64,000 nucleotides of DNA from Candidatus Nealsonbacteria bacterium DGGOD1a (lineage in GTDB: Bacteria > Patescibacteriota > Minisyncoccia > Minisyncoccales > UBA5738): assembly GCA_022530585.1 (NCBI GenBank), contig CP092821.1:819465-883464 (forward strand), written 5' to 3'. This document shows, piece by piece, positions 9,637-18,611 of this stretch. Position numbers and translations under genes: made by a program. A model generated the notes under the pieces. That model worked only from the letters and a program-made list of their open reading frames with translations. It searched no databases and was not told the DNA's origin. Positions within the stretch are counted from its first letter, which is position 1. Every line of letters starts with the position of its first letter.

Positions 9637-10057
9637 GCGGATTTCATCCGTGTCCATTAAACAGGCACAGATCAAAAGACGGTTTGAGCGCGTTCAACTT
9701 TTCGATTGAATTCATCCGGAGCGAGCAATCATCGACTTCGATCCCGACCGAATAGTTCCCCTTTTGGGCAAACACATTCCCTCGGGAATACTCGGGATTC
9801 CTTTCGGTCACATTCCGGCCCTTTCGGTTTCGCCAGACCTCTTTTTCCGTTCGGGCTTCGTACCCTAAACGCGAAAAATATCTCATTATGAGCCATTGAA
9901 TCTACGGATGGTGCGGGGTATGAATTTTTAGTAAATCCTCTACTAAGTAGTTCACTTTAATAGAAAATTAATCCAAAGACTTATAGAATTAGGGTACTTG
10001 ACAGCTTGTGGATAACTTCTTGTATTGCGCCATGAAAAATGGTACTATGTAAATAGC

Positions 10058-10591
10058 TCATCTACCATGCGTAGAAGGAGTATCGGATACCGCCCCCAAA
10101 GGCGGTGTTTGTTTATTGTACTTTTCAAACTCTTTTTTATATCTTTTTTTGTTATATTTATCGATAGGAAAAGCGGTACAAAAAAGGTAATAGTCTTTTC
10201 TTTTAGTAATTATAACTATATAGTCCCATTTACCGAAACAGAAACAAATTCTTTTTTGAATTTTACCTTTTTTGTTTTTTCTTTCCGTTTCCCACAATTT
10301 GATATCACCGCAAGGATAATTCTCAATAATAGCTTTCGGCCACTTCAATCTTTCACATCTTCTTAAATCTGGGGTTCTTTCCTCTTCTACCTCTCCCCCT
10401 GAAATCATGTGCCAAAATGTATATTCTTTTCCCTTTAAATAAGGGTCTCTAATACATTTCACCTGTAATTTATCAAATAAGATTTTGTCTTCAAAAAAAT
10501 CTTTTTTGAAACATAAATATAGGGCTTCTAAATACTTTTCCCAATCTCCACCAAAATCATCAAAACACAACAAGTCGGGTAATTTAGTCAT
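10058..10591 (-). CDS. Hypothetical protein, island cargo
   Basis: 177-aa ORF in an AT-rich segment. I recognise no family. Confidence 0.45.
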   Translation of the reverse strand: MTKLPDLLCFDDFGGDWEKYLEALYLCFKKDFFEDKILFDKLQVKCIRDPYLKGKEYTFWHMISGGEVEEERTPDLRRCERLKWPKAIIENYPCGDIKLWETERKNKKGKIQKRICFCFGKWDYIVIITKRKDYYLFCTAFPIDKYNKKRYKKEFEKYNKQTPPLGAVSDTPSTHGR

Positions 10592-10594
10592 AGA

Positions 10595-11246
10595 TCACTC
10601 TTGCGCTTTCCAAACGAAGACATTAAATTTATCCTCTCGATACAAAGTAGATTTTTGTAGCGAATACCCAGACCTTTCTATGATTCTTTTGATAATATCA
10701 ATTTTCGCCTTGCTTGTTTCCAATCCTCGATTTTGATAGCATACAGCTCCTAACAGAAAATCCGTAACTTGCATTAGTTCAATTTCATCAGATCTAACAA
10801 TCTGCATGTTTTCGATGATCTTTCTATCAAAATCATACATGTTATTAGATAAAACTTCCTGTAATTTTTTCACTTTCTGCCCTCCTCTTGTATCTTTGAT
10901 ATCAATGTATATGCGGTATTTATCTTCGGGATTAAAGATGGTTTTGAGCAGAGCAAAATACATTTTATAATACCACTCATCGTGAGTCTGCTTAAACTGA
11001 GAATGGTTCAAAAGGTGCTTGTCGGGAATCACAAGACACCGAAAATGTAAATCATCATTATCAAAAAAATAATCTACAATTTTTTTATAAAAAGCAACCT
11101 TCGCTGGAGAAACCTTTGTCCATTTTATCTCAAAATTAGATCCTATATTGTTTTCTTTTTTTATCTCTCTAATACGTTTAAAAATTTCGTGCGTTTTTTC
11201 TAATGGACACCATAAAGCACCAAAAGCCTGAAGTGGTCGGGGTTGT
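10595..11246 (-). pseudogene. DUF3800-like gene, C-terminal fragment, interrupted by an IS3 insertion
   Basis: The minus-strand frame is open from the IS boundary (QPRPLQAFGALWCPLEK...) with no ATG. The track ORF 10595..11032 starts at a GTG and is only the downstream part. Confidence 0.6.
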
Positions 11247-12067
11247 CAAGACACGGAATTTTGAGGAACCAGATGGTAAGAATTTGTTAAATTTGTTTGC
11301 TTAATCTTCTGAAAATGCACTTCTGCTGGTCTTCGGTAACCTAATGACTGATGGCGGCGCAGATTATTGTAAAGCGGAAAGTATTCATTTAAACCTCTGC
11401 GGGCTTGTCCCACATCTTGGTAGGAGTTTAAGTAAATGTTTTCCCGTTTGACCGTTCGCCATAATCTCTCGGTGAAAATGTTGTCCATATAGCGGCCGCG
11501 CCCGTCCATGGATATTTCGACTTGTTTTGATTCCAGAATTCCCGTAAATTGAGGACTGGTAAAATGGCTGCCTTGATCGCTGTTGAAAATTGCCGGCCGG
11601 CTTTGCGCCAAAGCTTCGTTTAAACATTCCAAGCAAAATCCGATTTCCAAGTTGTTGGATAATTTCCAAGCGATCACATAGCGGGAAAACCAATCAATAA
11701 TCGCGGCCAAATAAGCAAATCCCGTTTCCAGCCGCACATAAGTAATATCGCAACCCCAAACTTGATTCGGCCCGGTAATTTTCAGACCTCTTAACAGGTA
11801 AGGATAAATTTTGTGTTCGTTGTTTTTTAAGCTTAAATCAAGCTTGTTTTTGGGATAAATCGCCTCAATTCCCATGGTTTGCATCAATGCGCGAGTGTGG
11901 CCGCGGCCAATGGGAATTCGGTAGGTTTGATTCAATTCTTCTTTGATCTTCCGACTGCCATAGAACGGGAATCGGGTGTAAATAATATCAATCAAATCCA
12001 TGATTCTTTTGTCTTCTTCGCTCGGCGGCATCGGGCGGTAATACCAGCTGGCGCGGGATATTCCCAA
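11246..12067 (-). CDS. IS3-family transposase OrfB (DDE integrase, rve domain)
   Basis: Motifs WGCDITYV, NSDQGSHFTS and TERLWRTVKRE. Confidence 0.85.
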   Translation of the reverse strand: MGISRASWYYRPMPPSEEDKRIMDLIDIIYTRFPFYGSRKIKEELNQTYRIPIGRGHTRALMQTMGIEAIYPKNKLDLSLKNNEHKIYPYLLRGLKITGPNQVWGCDITYVRLETGFAYLAAIIDWFSRYVIAWKLSNNLEIGFCLECLNEALAQSRPAIFNSDQGSHFTSPQFTGILESKQVEISMDGRGRYMDNIFTERLWRTVKRENIYLNSYQDVGQARRGLNEYFPLYNNLRRHQSLGYRRPAEVHFQKIKQTNLTNSYHLVPQNSVS

Positions 12068-12484
12068 TAATTGGCATTGTCTTTTTAAAGAAATATTTTT
12101 GTTGTCTTCTTCAATCAGCGATATTTTCCGCTCATGGGTTAGGGATTTGCAGTTTTTTTTTAAGCCATTCCAGTTCCATATCTCTTTGGCCGATAATCTT
12201 GTAAAGATTGTCTAATTCCGCCTGACGGCGGATTTGCTCGTCTTTCTCCTTTTTGCGACCGTCCTTGAACAATTCGGCCAGATTATCCAACGCCTGCTTT
12301 TTCCAAAGCCCGATCTGTGTCGGATGAACTTGAAAATCCGAGCTGATTTGGGCCATTGTTTTTTCCTCCCTGATTGCGGTTAACGCCACTTGCGCTTTTT
12401 CTTGGGGAGTAAAACTCCGCGTTTTTTTGTTCATATCTCATCATATCTTTTCCACACCAGTTGGCGCAAATTTCGTGTCTAGAT
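11247..12484 (-). mobile_element. IS3-family insertion sequence (orfA plus orfB, probable -1 frameshift)
   Basis: Imperfect terminal inverted repeats caagacacggaattt / atctagacacgaaattt and a 4-bp target duplication TTGT/ACAA. A slippery TTTAAAA motif lies between orfA and orfB at about 12082-12090. Confidence 0.75.
12132..12434 (-). CDS. IS3-family transposase OrfA (HTH)
   Basis: An HTH region (FTPQEKAQVALTAI) and a leucine-zipper-like C-terminus typical of IS3 OrfA. Confidence 0.8.
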   Translation of the reverse strand: MNKKTRSFTPQEKAQVALTAIREEKTMAQISSDFQVHPTQIGLWKKQALDNLAELFKDGRKKEKDEQIRRQAELDNLYKIIGQRDMELEWLKKKLQIPNP

Positions 12485-12571
12485 TTGTAAGACCATTATA
12501 GCCATAGCCTGTTGATGGTCATGTTCCAAATGGCAGCTTTCGTCACAATAAATATTATAGATTTGGCTCAT
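12485..12571 (-). pseudogene. DUF3800-like gene, N-terminal fragment (MSQIYNIYCDESCHLEHDHQQAMAIMVLQ)
   Basis: An ATG at about 12569-12571 with the YCDES motif of DUF3800. Removing the IS and one TSD copy joins it in frame to 10595..11246. Confidence 0.55.
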
Positions 12572-12748
12572 AAATTATTAAACCGTAACCCTTAAAAACT
12601 TTATTTTAATCTACAGTTTTCGAAGTATTTAATCAAGATTTAAAAATTCGACGAAGCCTCACGGCTTCGTGAGATTTATTTATATATTTTACCCCCCCTC
12701 CCCCACCTGCGGCTAAAATGCGTTGGCCTGAGCCCAATTCGAGCCCGG

Positions 12749-12818
12749 CTGCCCCCTTGCGAGCGCCGCCCTGGAGGAGAGCCCTCCGGAAGGGCAAGCG
12801 AAGCTCAGTCGGGGGCAG
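12749..12818 (+). ncRNA. Candidate small SRP RNA (4.5S-like) hairpin
   Basis: A GC-rich ~70-nt hairpin. Its ends ctgccccc/gggggcag pair, and it contains uccGGAAggg (GGAA tetraloop) and an AAGC motif reminiscent of SRP RNA domain IV. I could not validate the rest of the consensus. Confidence 0.25.
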
Positions 12819-12933
12819 ATAGATGGTATAAATCAGCTGTTCTTGATAAAATAGGTACAAACTTCGTTGAAAATGTACTCCATAATATAACAAAGTTCCT
12901 TTTTTCCCTCTAAATTGCGGCCGGCGGCGATCG

Positions 12934-13030
12934 CCGCCCATTGAATTGCGGGCCTTCCCGTGATTTTTTTGGCGGAAAGCGGGTTCGATACGGAATACCT
13001 AAGATTTTTTTGGCGGATACCTTTTTGGCG
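12934..13030 (+). repeat. ~97-bp island-associated repeat, copy 2
   Basis: See copy 1. It overlaps the annotated 3' end of vsr. Confidence 0.6.
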
Positions 13031-13433
13031 AGTCTTTCAAAAAACTAATAATTCTATTAACCGATCCATTAAAATCACTTTTAATTTGATGTTCCCAAAT
13101 CGTTAGCACTTGCCAACCAATTTTCCTTAACTTTCCCGCAACGAACCTATCCCTCAATTTATTTTTTCTTAATTTATTTTTCCAAAACTCATTTGGAAGC
13201 ACCGATTCCCACCGTGAAAGTTGCCAACCGTGCCAAAAATCACTATGCAAAAAAACCGCCTTTTGAAATTTTAGTAAAGCAATATCTGGCTTACCAATTA
13301 CTTTTTTGTAGTTTTTTTTAAATTTAATGCCTTTCCTTGATACTTCTCGAAAGATTTTCTGCTCAAAATCAGTATTCGACGAATGAATCCTCGACATTAT
13401 TGAACTTCGTTTTTCCTTACTAAATTTATCCAT
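12999..13433 (-). CDS. vsr: Very-short-patch-repair endonuclease (Vsr)
   Basis: GKPDIALLKFQKAVFLHSDFWHGW matches the Vsr catalytic core. It is adjacent to a C5-cytosine methyltransferase. The last ~14 codons run into repeat copy 2, so the true stop may lie earlier. Confidence 0.8.
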   Translation of the reverse strand: MDKFSKEKRSSIMSRIHSSNTDFEQKIFREVSRKGIKFKKNYKKVIGKPDIALLKFQKAVFLHSDFWHGWQLSRWESVLPNEFWKNKLRKNKLRDRFVAGKLRKIGWQVLTIWEHQIKSDFNGSVNRIISFLKDSPKRYPPKKS

Positions 13434-13436
13434 TTT

Positions 13437-13979
13437 TTAAAAAATACTTTTTGACTCCGCAGCTAATTCTTGAGTTAAACTTAGATTCCATGCTCGCATA
13501 GTTTTATGCCATCTTCTGAATTTTAAGAATTGCTCCCAAGTAAGCTCTAAAATTTTCTTTGGCTTATAGTGTTTATCGATTAAAACGATAATCACATACT
13601 CAAACTTTTTTTCCGGATTTTTATCGGTTTGATCACCGCAACCGTAAAAAACGCCCGTAAGATTCCCTGGTTCTGAAATTGTTTTAATACTATAACGCTC
13701 GCCTCTCCTGCTAATGGCATCTACATTTTGCGTTCCCTCCGGGGCCGCTTGAAGCTTAGCTAAGCCTGGCGTTTTATTGTATATTTTAATTGCCAAAAAT
13801 TCGCCGCGTTCGCCAACTATATTTCTAGTCCTCACTAATCCTCGTTCTTTCAATTTAAGACCGATGTATGCGTAGAGTGTCCAAATTTCCTCATCCGATA
13901 ACTCATTCGCCGCATTCAACACATCGTCAAATTTTAGCAACAAATCTCCTTTTTTTATGTTCTTTTCCATATACTCCAT
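13437..13979 (-). CDS. Putative Type II restriction endonuclease (PD-(D/E)xK-like)
   Basis: 180 aa. It is divergent from the m5C methyltransferase and co-directional with vsr. GERGEF...VDAIS...SIKT is a plausible PD-(D/E)xK arrangement. No family could be assigned. Confidence 0.45.
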   Translation of the reverse strand: MEYMEKNIKKGDLLLKFDDVLNAANELSDEEIWTLYAYIGLKLKERGLVRTRNIVGERGEFLAIKIYNKTPGLAKLQAAPEGTQNVDAISRRGERYSIKTISEPGNLTGVFYGCGDQTDKNPEKKFEYVIIVLIDKHYKPKKILELTWEQFLKFRRWHKTMRAWNLSLTQELAAESKSIF

Positions 13980-14020
13980 TTTACTTTGATGATATAATTT
14001 GTTAAAGAGGGAACAGAAAC
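13980..14020. promoter_or_regulatory. Divergent promoter region between the REase and MTase genes
   Basis: A 41-bp AT-rich intergenic spacer between divergently oriented R and M genes. Confidence 0.3.
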
Positions 14021-15049
14021 ATGACTATCTCGCGTAAAAAAAAGATAAAAGTAATCGACCTTTTTGCCGGTATCGGCGGTATTGGCCTCGCCTTTAAACG
14101 CGCGGGTTTTGATATTGTTTATTCAAATGATTTTGACAGGTTTGCTTGTAAAACATATGAAGCTAATGTCGGAAAGATTGATTATCGCGATATCAAAAAA
14201 GTCAAACCAGAAGAACTACCGATCTATAATGTTTTATTGGCTGGATTTCCGTGCCAACCGTTTTCCGCTCTGGGCCATCGTTTAGGATTTGAAGATCCGA
14301 GAGGTAATTTATTTTTTGAAATAGAAAGGTTACTGCACACAAACAAACCAGATGCTTTTTTTCTCGAGAATGTTCGTCATCTTAAAACTCATAACGACGG
14401 GAATACTTTCCGTGAGATCTCCAAAGCTTTGGAGGGTCGTTTAGGTTATAAATTATTCGTAAATATTTTAAACGGAAAAGATTTCGGCTTACCGCAGAGC
14501 AGAGAGCGGTTTTATTTGGTAGGCTTCAGGGAAAATGTATCATTCACGTTTCCGAAGGTAACAAATAAGGAATTACCGCGCTTGGATTCGATCCTTGAGG
14601 AAAACGTCGACCCCAAATATTACCTTTCCGAAAAATATTTAACTGGGCTAGAAAAACACAAAGAGAGACATCGAGGCAAAGGCCACGGATTCGGATATGA
14701 AATACTAGATCCGCAAGGTATCGCTCACACTCTTGTCGCTGGTAACATGGGCAGGGAAAGAAACTTGATCAAAGATAAACTGGTGGAATCGTATGATCAT
14801 GAAATTTTGACTCCAAGAAATAAAAAGGGTGTTCGCAAATTAACGGTTAGAGAATACGCTCGCCTTCAAGGATTTCCAGATTCTTTCGTTTTCCCGGTTT
14901 CAGACAACCAAGCATATAAACAAATAGGTAACTCTGTCTGTGTACCAGTAGTGCATGCAATCGCAAAAAAAATGAAAAAGGTTCTTGAAAGCACCTATTC
15001 TTTTCAACAAAATCAAGATTTAATGCCAGGAGAACATACAGCGAACTAA
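14021..15049 (+). CDS. dcm: DNA (cytosine-5)-methyltransferase
   Basis: Motif I DLFAGIGG, motif IV GFPCQPFS, motif VI ENV and QSRERFY. Confidence 0.9.
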   Translation: MTISRKKKIKVIDLFAGIGGIGLAFKRAGFDIVYSNDFDRFACKTYEANVGKIDYRDIKKVKPEELPIYNVLLAGFPCQPFSALGHRLGFEDPRGNLFFEIERLLHTNKPDAFFLENVRHLKTHNDGNTFREISKALEGRLGYKLFVNILNGKDFGLPQSRERFYLVGFRENVSFTFPKVTNKELPRLDSILEENVDPKYYLSEKYLTGLEKHKERHRGKGHGFGYEILDPQGIAHTLVAGNMGRERNLIKDKLVESYDHEILTPRNKKGVRKLTVREYARLQGFPDSFVFPVSDNQAYKQIGNSVCVPVVHAIAKKMKKVLESTYSFQQNQDLMPGEHTAN

Positions 15050-15054
15050 AAAAT

Positions 15055-15900
15055 TTAGTGAAATTTCGGCTCCTTGCGAAAACACTTATAACAAAGTGTT
15101 TTTAAGTTATTAATTTCGTTATTTTTCGGATCATTATCGATATGCCGAACGAACAGATCTTTACCATGATCTTTTTGGCTTGATCCCCTGTCTAACCCGC
15201 ATCTCGTACATTTAAAGCCATCCCTTTCTATGGCTTTTTCTCTATTCCCACCGAAATGCTTAAGATTCCAAGCCTCTTTCATTTTTTTCTTAACTTCTGG
15301 TCGTTGAGCGTATTTTTTTGAATATTCTTTATTTTTTTGTTTTATTTTCTCCGCATTTCTTTCATTGGAAGCTTTAACTAAATCTTTGAAATAATCGCTT
15401 TTGAAATAACAGTTACGACAAAGACCATAGCTGTGATGAGGTGTTGTGGTGGTTCCGCAATTTCGACATTTTAAATAAAATCTGCTCCACCGTTGTTTAT
15501 ACTTATCGGAATTTTTACCCAAGATATCAATTATCTCTGGAAAATTTTTTTTAATAATTTTTAAAGAAATTTTCTCATCCGATAAAAATTTGTTCAAAGA
15601 ATATTGAGTGGATGCTTTTTGCATTAATTCATTTCTTCGATTTTCATAAGATCCGTATTTCTTTTCGTCTCGTTTTGTCTCATGCGATTTTTTAATATCA
15701 TCAACAAACGAAGAAACATCAATTACCTGCCCCGCGTTTACGGATTGATGAATTTCATACATAATCGCCTTACTTAGTAATTGGCGAATACGCTCTCTGG
15801 TTATCCCGTGCTTTTGGCCTATTTCCTCAAGCGTGCATCCTTGCTTATAAAGCTCAAGAATATCCAAGAGTCGTGTTATGTTTTTTTCCGCTTCCTCCAT
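15055..15900 (-). CDS. HTH (sigma-70 region-4-like) - CxxC zinc ribbon - HNH nuclease
   Basis: N-terminal LEEIGQKHGITRERIRQLLSKA. Middle CRNCG...CRNC. C-terminal HNH (CTRCG...VRHID...NLKTLCYKC). Confidence 0.7.
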   Translation of the reverse strand: MEEAEKNITRLLDILELYKQGCTLEEIGQKHGITRERIRQLLSKAIMYEIHQSVNAGQVIDVSSFVDDIKKSHETKRDEKKYGSYENRRNELMQKASTQYSLNKFLSDEKISLKIIKKNFPEIIDILGKNSDKYKQRWSRFYLKCRNCGTTTTPHHSYGLCRNCYFKSDYFKDLVKASNERNAEKIKQKNKEYSKKYAQRPEVKKKMKEAWNLKHFGGNREKAIERDGFKCTRCGLDRGSSQKDHGKDLFVRHIDNDPKNNEINNLKTLCYKCFRKEPKFH

Positions 15901-15905
15901 ATTGG

Positions 15906-17735
15906 TTAATGTGATTCATCGGGATTATACGCATCGTCAAACAGAAAATTTCCTAAGTCTTTGGCTGCCGCTTCATGCACCTTTGAAATCATAGTTCCAA
16001 GAATTTCTGCATCTATCGTGTCGGCGTTGAATCGATCTGGATCTTTTTTTGCCAACCGTTGGAGCGCCTCCTTAATAAAAATATCTATATACCTCTGGAA
16101 AAGAAAGTCTCTCCATCTTAAGTGTTCGGCTCCGTATTTTTCTATGATCGCTGCAGCAAGCGGGCTCGAAGTATTAATCCAATAGATTCCCGCATCAACA
16201 TCTTGTATCCTTTGATATACGACAGGCTGACGCGGATCGAGTTGCACCTTTTTCCCTCCATTGAGAGGATCATCGTCAAAACTCGACAGCTTAACCATAG
16301 GAAATTTACCCGTTTTCTTTGGTTTGTCTCCGCCTCCCTGCTGATCGCCAGATCCACCGCCCTTGGTTCCGCCTGAATCACCAGTTCCCGTTCCTCGTCC
16401 GCCCCCGGACCCACCAGAACCAAATCCTCCGCCGGAACCCACCCCTGGCCCGACCAGCACTTCCGCAAACAATTGGCGCATGAATTTATTTTTCCATTCG
16501 TTCAAAAAATCATTATAAGTGGAAGACAATTTTTTGTTAATTTCTTCTTGCTCTTTATCTTCTTGATCAGCGATTCTTGCGGCCAATTCATCCACCTGAG
16601 ACCTTATCCATTGAAGCAATGCGTTACTCCTATCGTTCGGAATAAGCTTTTCCCTGTCATTGCTAACGGAAGAATTCGCTGGTTCTTCAAGAATCGGACA
16701 TTCACATTCCCCATAGAGAAAAACCGCCTGCGTATAATAGCGAATACCCATTTCGTATATCCTGTAAGAACCGATAACCCCAAGTTCGCCAATGATATCG
16801 ACTCTATTAAGATCGGAAAACCGACCGCCCCGCTCTAAGGCAACCTCCGAAGTGCGAAGAATTAACCGGCCACCAGGATATTTCAAATTTTCCATTTCTA
16901 TAACCAGTTTTTCCGCATCTTTTTCCAAAATCAATTTGTCGGGTATCGGAATAACAATAGGTTCTTCGAATCCTGGACGAGGTTTAATTTCGTCTGGCAA
17001 CAATCTTTCGTATAATATTACATCGTTTTGACTTACGGAAAGCGGAATCCGCATCAGCACTCTTCGAGCCTGCGGATGGTTTTTCAATTTTTCACAAATT
17101 CGTAACGCTTTAATTTTTGTTTTCATTCCAACCGGACTAACCCCTCTCGCTACCGTAAACCCCGTCTCACCATTTAAAATTGATTCTTTCAATTCTGACG
17201 GAACAATTTTTTCTATATTGGCAAACTTTATGGCTTCGTTTACGTTAAATGGTATGTCCTTAAAAGGCTTGTTTTTTTGATAATTTGCAAAACCATATTT
17301 TTTATTTTCACTAAAACCAAAAACATTAAGTTTTCCGTCTCGGAAAGTAATAAAATACGATTCGTCAAACATTTGCCTCATATAAAACTTACCGCCGTTT
17401 CCGTGGCCTCCATAAGTTTTTTTCTTCATACCTCGTTTTGCCGCCTCTGGATCGCCCCACCATTGAAAAGCTTCCTGAATATCCAACGACGTCATACCCA
17501 CAAAATCGATATTTTCAACTGTCGCTTGTCCATCTTCTTCGTCGGTAAATCTTAAGACAACATATTGCTTGTTATCTGGCATTCCTTTTCTGATATACGC
17601 ATCCGCCGAATTTTTTACTAATTCTGAAATACCTTTTTCGTGATCGAATTTGAATTCTCTTCCCCAAATTTCCAAAAGATTGTCATGAAATTTATTCTGC
17701 TCTTCCTGAATGACAAACGTTTTCGTTTTAGCCAT
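15906..17735 (-). CDS. GHKL-family (Bergerat fold, MORC/paraMORC-like) ATPase with a Gly-rich linker and a C-terminal uncharacterised domain
   Basis: N-box ELVKNSADAY, G1-like IDFVGM and G2 YGGHGNGGKF. A low-complexity GS-rich stretch (GPGVGSGGGFGSGGSGGGRGTGTGDSGGTKGGGSGDQQGGG) lies at about aa 430-475. It is co-operonic with the HNH gene. Confidence 0.7.
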   Translation of the reverse strand: MAKTKTFVIQEEQNKFHDNLLEIWGREFKFDHEKGISELVKNSADAYIRKGMPDNKQYVVLRFTDEEDGQATVENIDFVGMTSLDIQEAFQWWGDPEAAKRGMKKKTYGGHGNGGKFYMRQMFDESYFITFRDGKLNVFGFSENKKYGFANYQKNKPFKDIPFNVNEAIKFANIEKIVPSELKESILNGETGFTVARGVSPVGMKTKIKALRICEKLKNHPQARRVLMRIPLSVSQNDVILYERLLPDEIKPRPGFEEPIVIPIPDKLILEKDAEKLVIEMENLKYPGGRLILRTSEVALERGGRFSDLNRVDIIGELGVIGSYRIYEMGIRYYTQAVFLYGECECPILEEPANSSVSNDREKLIPNDRSNALLQWIRSQVDELAARIADQEDKEQEEINKKLSSTYNDFLNEWKNKFMRQLFAEVLVGPGVGSGGGFGSGGSGGGRGTGTGDSGGTKGGGSGDQQGGGDKPKKTGKFPMVKLSSFDDDPLNGGKKVQLDPRQPVVYQRIQDVDAGIYWINTSSPLAAAIIEKYGAEHLRWRDFLFQRYIDIFIKEALQRLAKKDPDRFNADTIDAEILGTMISKVHEAAAKDLGNFLFDDAYNPDESH

Positions 17736-17736
17736 A

Positions 17737-18369
17737 TTATTTTATTGCCTTGTAGGTAATTAATTCTTCGAACTTATTAAACAAAAAACTATGATACTGA
17801 ATAATTTTGTCGTAAAGGGGTTTTTTTTCGTCCGATTTCAACGATTTCAACTCCTCAACAACGCTTTTCATTGTCTCAACTCTTCCCATAAAATCATTTT
17901 TACTTGTTCTGACAGTGACCCCCAAATAATTATAAAAATCAGTATCCAATATTTTTTCCCGTTCATCGTTTATAAAAAGACCCTGAAACCCGTCCAGGAT
18001 TAAAATTCTTGCGACTTCTTTTTCCGCATGTCTCGACAAACGATTATCGCTTCTTATATGTTTACCGGCAACCGCATCTTTAATCTGGGTAGCAATGGAG
18101 ACACCACGATCTGTCAAGGTAAATATTTTGTTTCCAGCCGTAACCAATCCTTTCTTCTTCGCATCGTAAAGTGGTTTATGCACCATATCGCCAGAATCAG
18201 GATATTCCTTATATCCCCTCAAATGAAATTCCTCGGGATAATCCTTAAACAGCTTAACCACAATATCTTCAAACCGAATGTTGCGCCGGGTACCCCCAGA
18301 AAGGTTTAACAACGCAAGTAATACTTTTTGAAAACGCGAAAGACTTTGTGATTTTTCCATAATATTCAA
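17737..18369 (-). CDS. Hypothetical protein with a probable N-terminal winged-helix domain. Third gene of the GHKL operon.
   Basis: 210 aa. FQKVLLALLNLSGGT...IRFEDIVVKLF looks wHTH-like. It lies 1 nt from the GHKL gene. Confidence 0.45.
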   Translation of the reverse strand: MNIMEKSQSLSRFQKVLLALLNLSGGTRRNIRFEDIVVKLFKDYPEEFHLRGYKEYPDSGDMVHKPLYDAKKKGLVTAGNKIFTLTDRGVSIATQIKDAVAGKHIRSDNRLSRHAEKEVARILILDGFQGLFINDEREKILDTDFYNYLGVTVRTSKNDFMGRVETMKSVVEELKSLKSDEKKPLYDKIIQYHSFLFNKFEELITYKAIK

Positions 18370-18374
18370 AATAT

Positions 18375-18611
18375 TTACAATTTAAATTCTCCTGTTTTTT
18401 TGGAAAAAATAAATTTAGATTTCGTTTCTTTGATTTTTTTTTCGATTTCAGAAAATATTTTATCTATATCTTCTTCATTATATTCATAAACATGTCTATT
18501 CGCGCAATTTCCCAGAACTTTTAGACGCTTTAAAACCATGTTTGTGCGTAAAGTTGCCAAACGACAAAACCTTTCGCGTGAACTTTCATTTTTTGGTGAC
18601 TGCTTGCTCAT
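18375..18611 (-). CDS. Small hypothetical protein, first gene of the GHKL operon
   Basis: 78 aa, basic, 5 nt upstream of the next gene. No recognisable family. Confidence 0.4.
   Translation of the reverse strand: MSKQSPKNESSRERFCRLATLRTNMVLKRLKVLGNCANRHVYEYNEEDIDKIFSEIEKKIKETKSKFIFSKKTGEFKL

Noticed and set aside
9322-9891. Track ORFs 9322..9531, 9466..9675, 9644..9886, 9706..9891
   Set aside because: They cover the structured repeat, island repeat copy 1 and degenerate non-coding sequence. No start context or homology.
9690-9900. Possible tRNA, tmRNA or other RNA in the GNRA-loop-rich segment 9690-9900, which shares a 20-mer tcccgagtattcccgaggga with 44230-44249
   Set aside because: No cloverleaf, T-loop GGTTCGAATCC-like motif or tmRNA tag frame could be found. 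Left as unexplained sequence.
12633-12941. Track ORF 12633..12941(-)
   Set aside because: It spans a terminator hairpin, the GC-rich SRP-like hairpin and repeat copy 2. Gly/Arg-rich nonsense.
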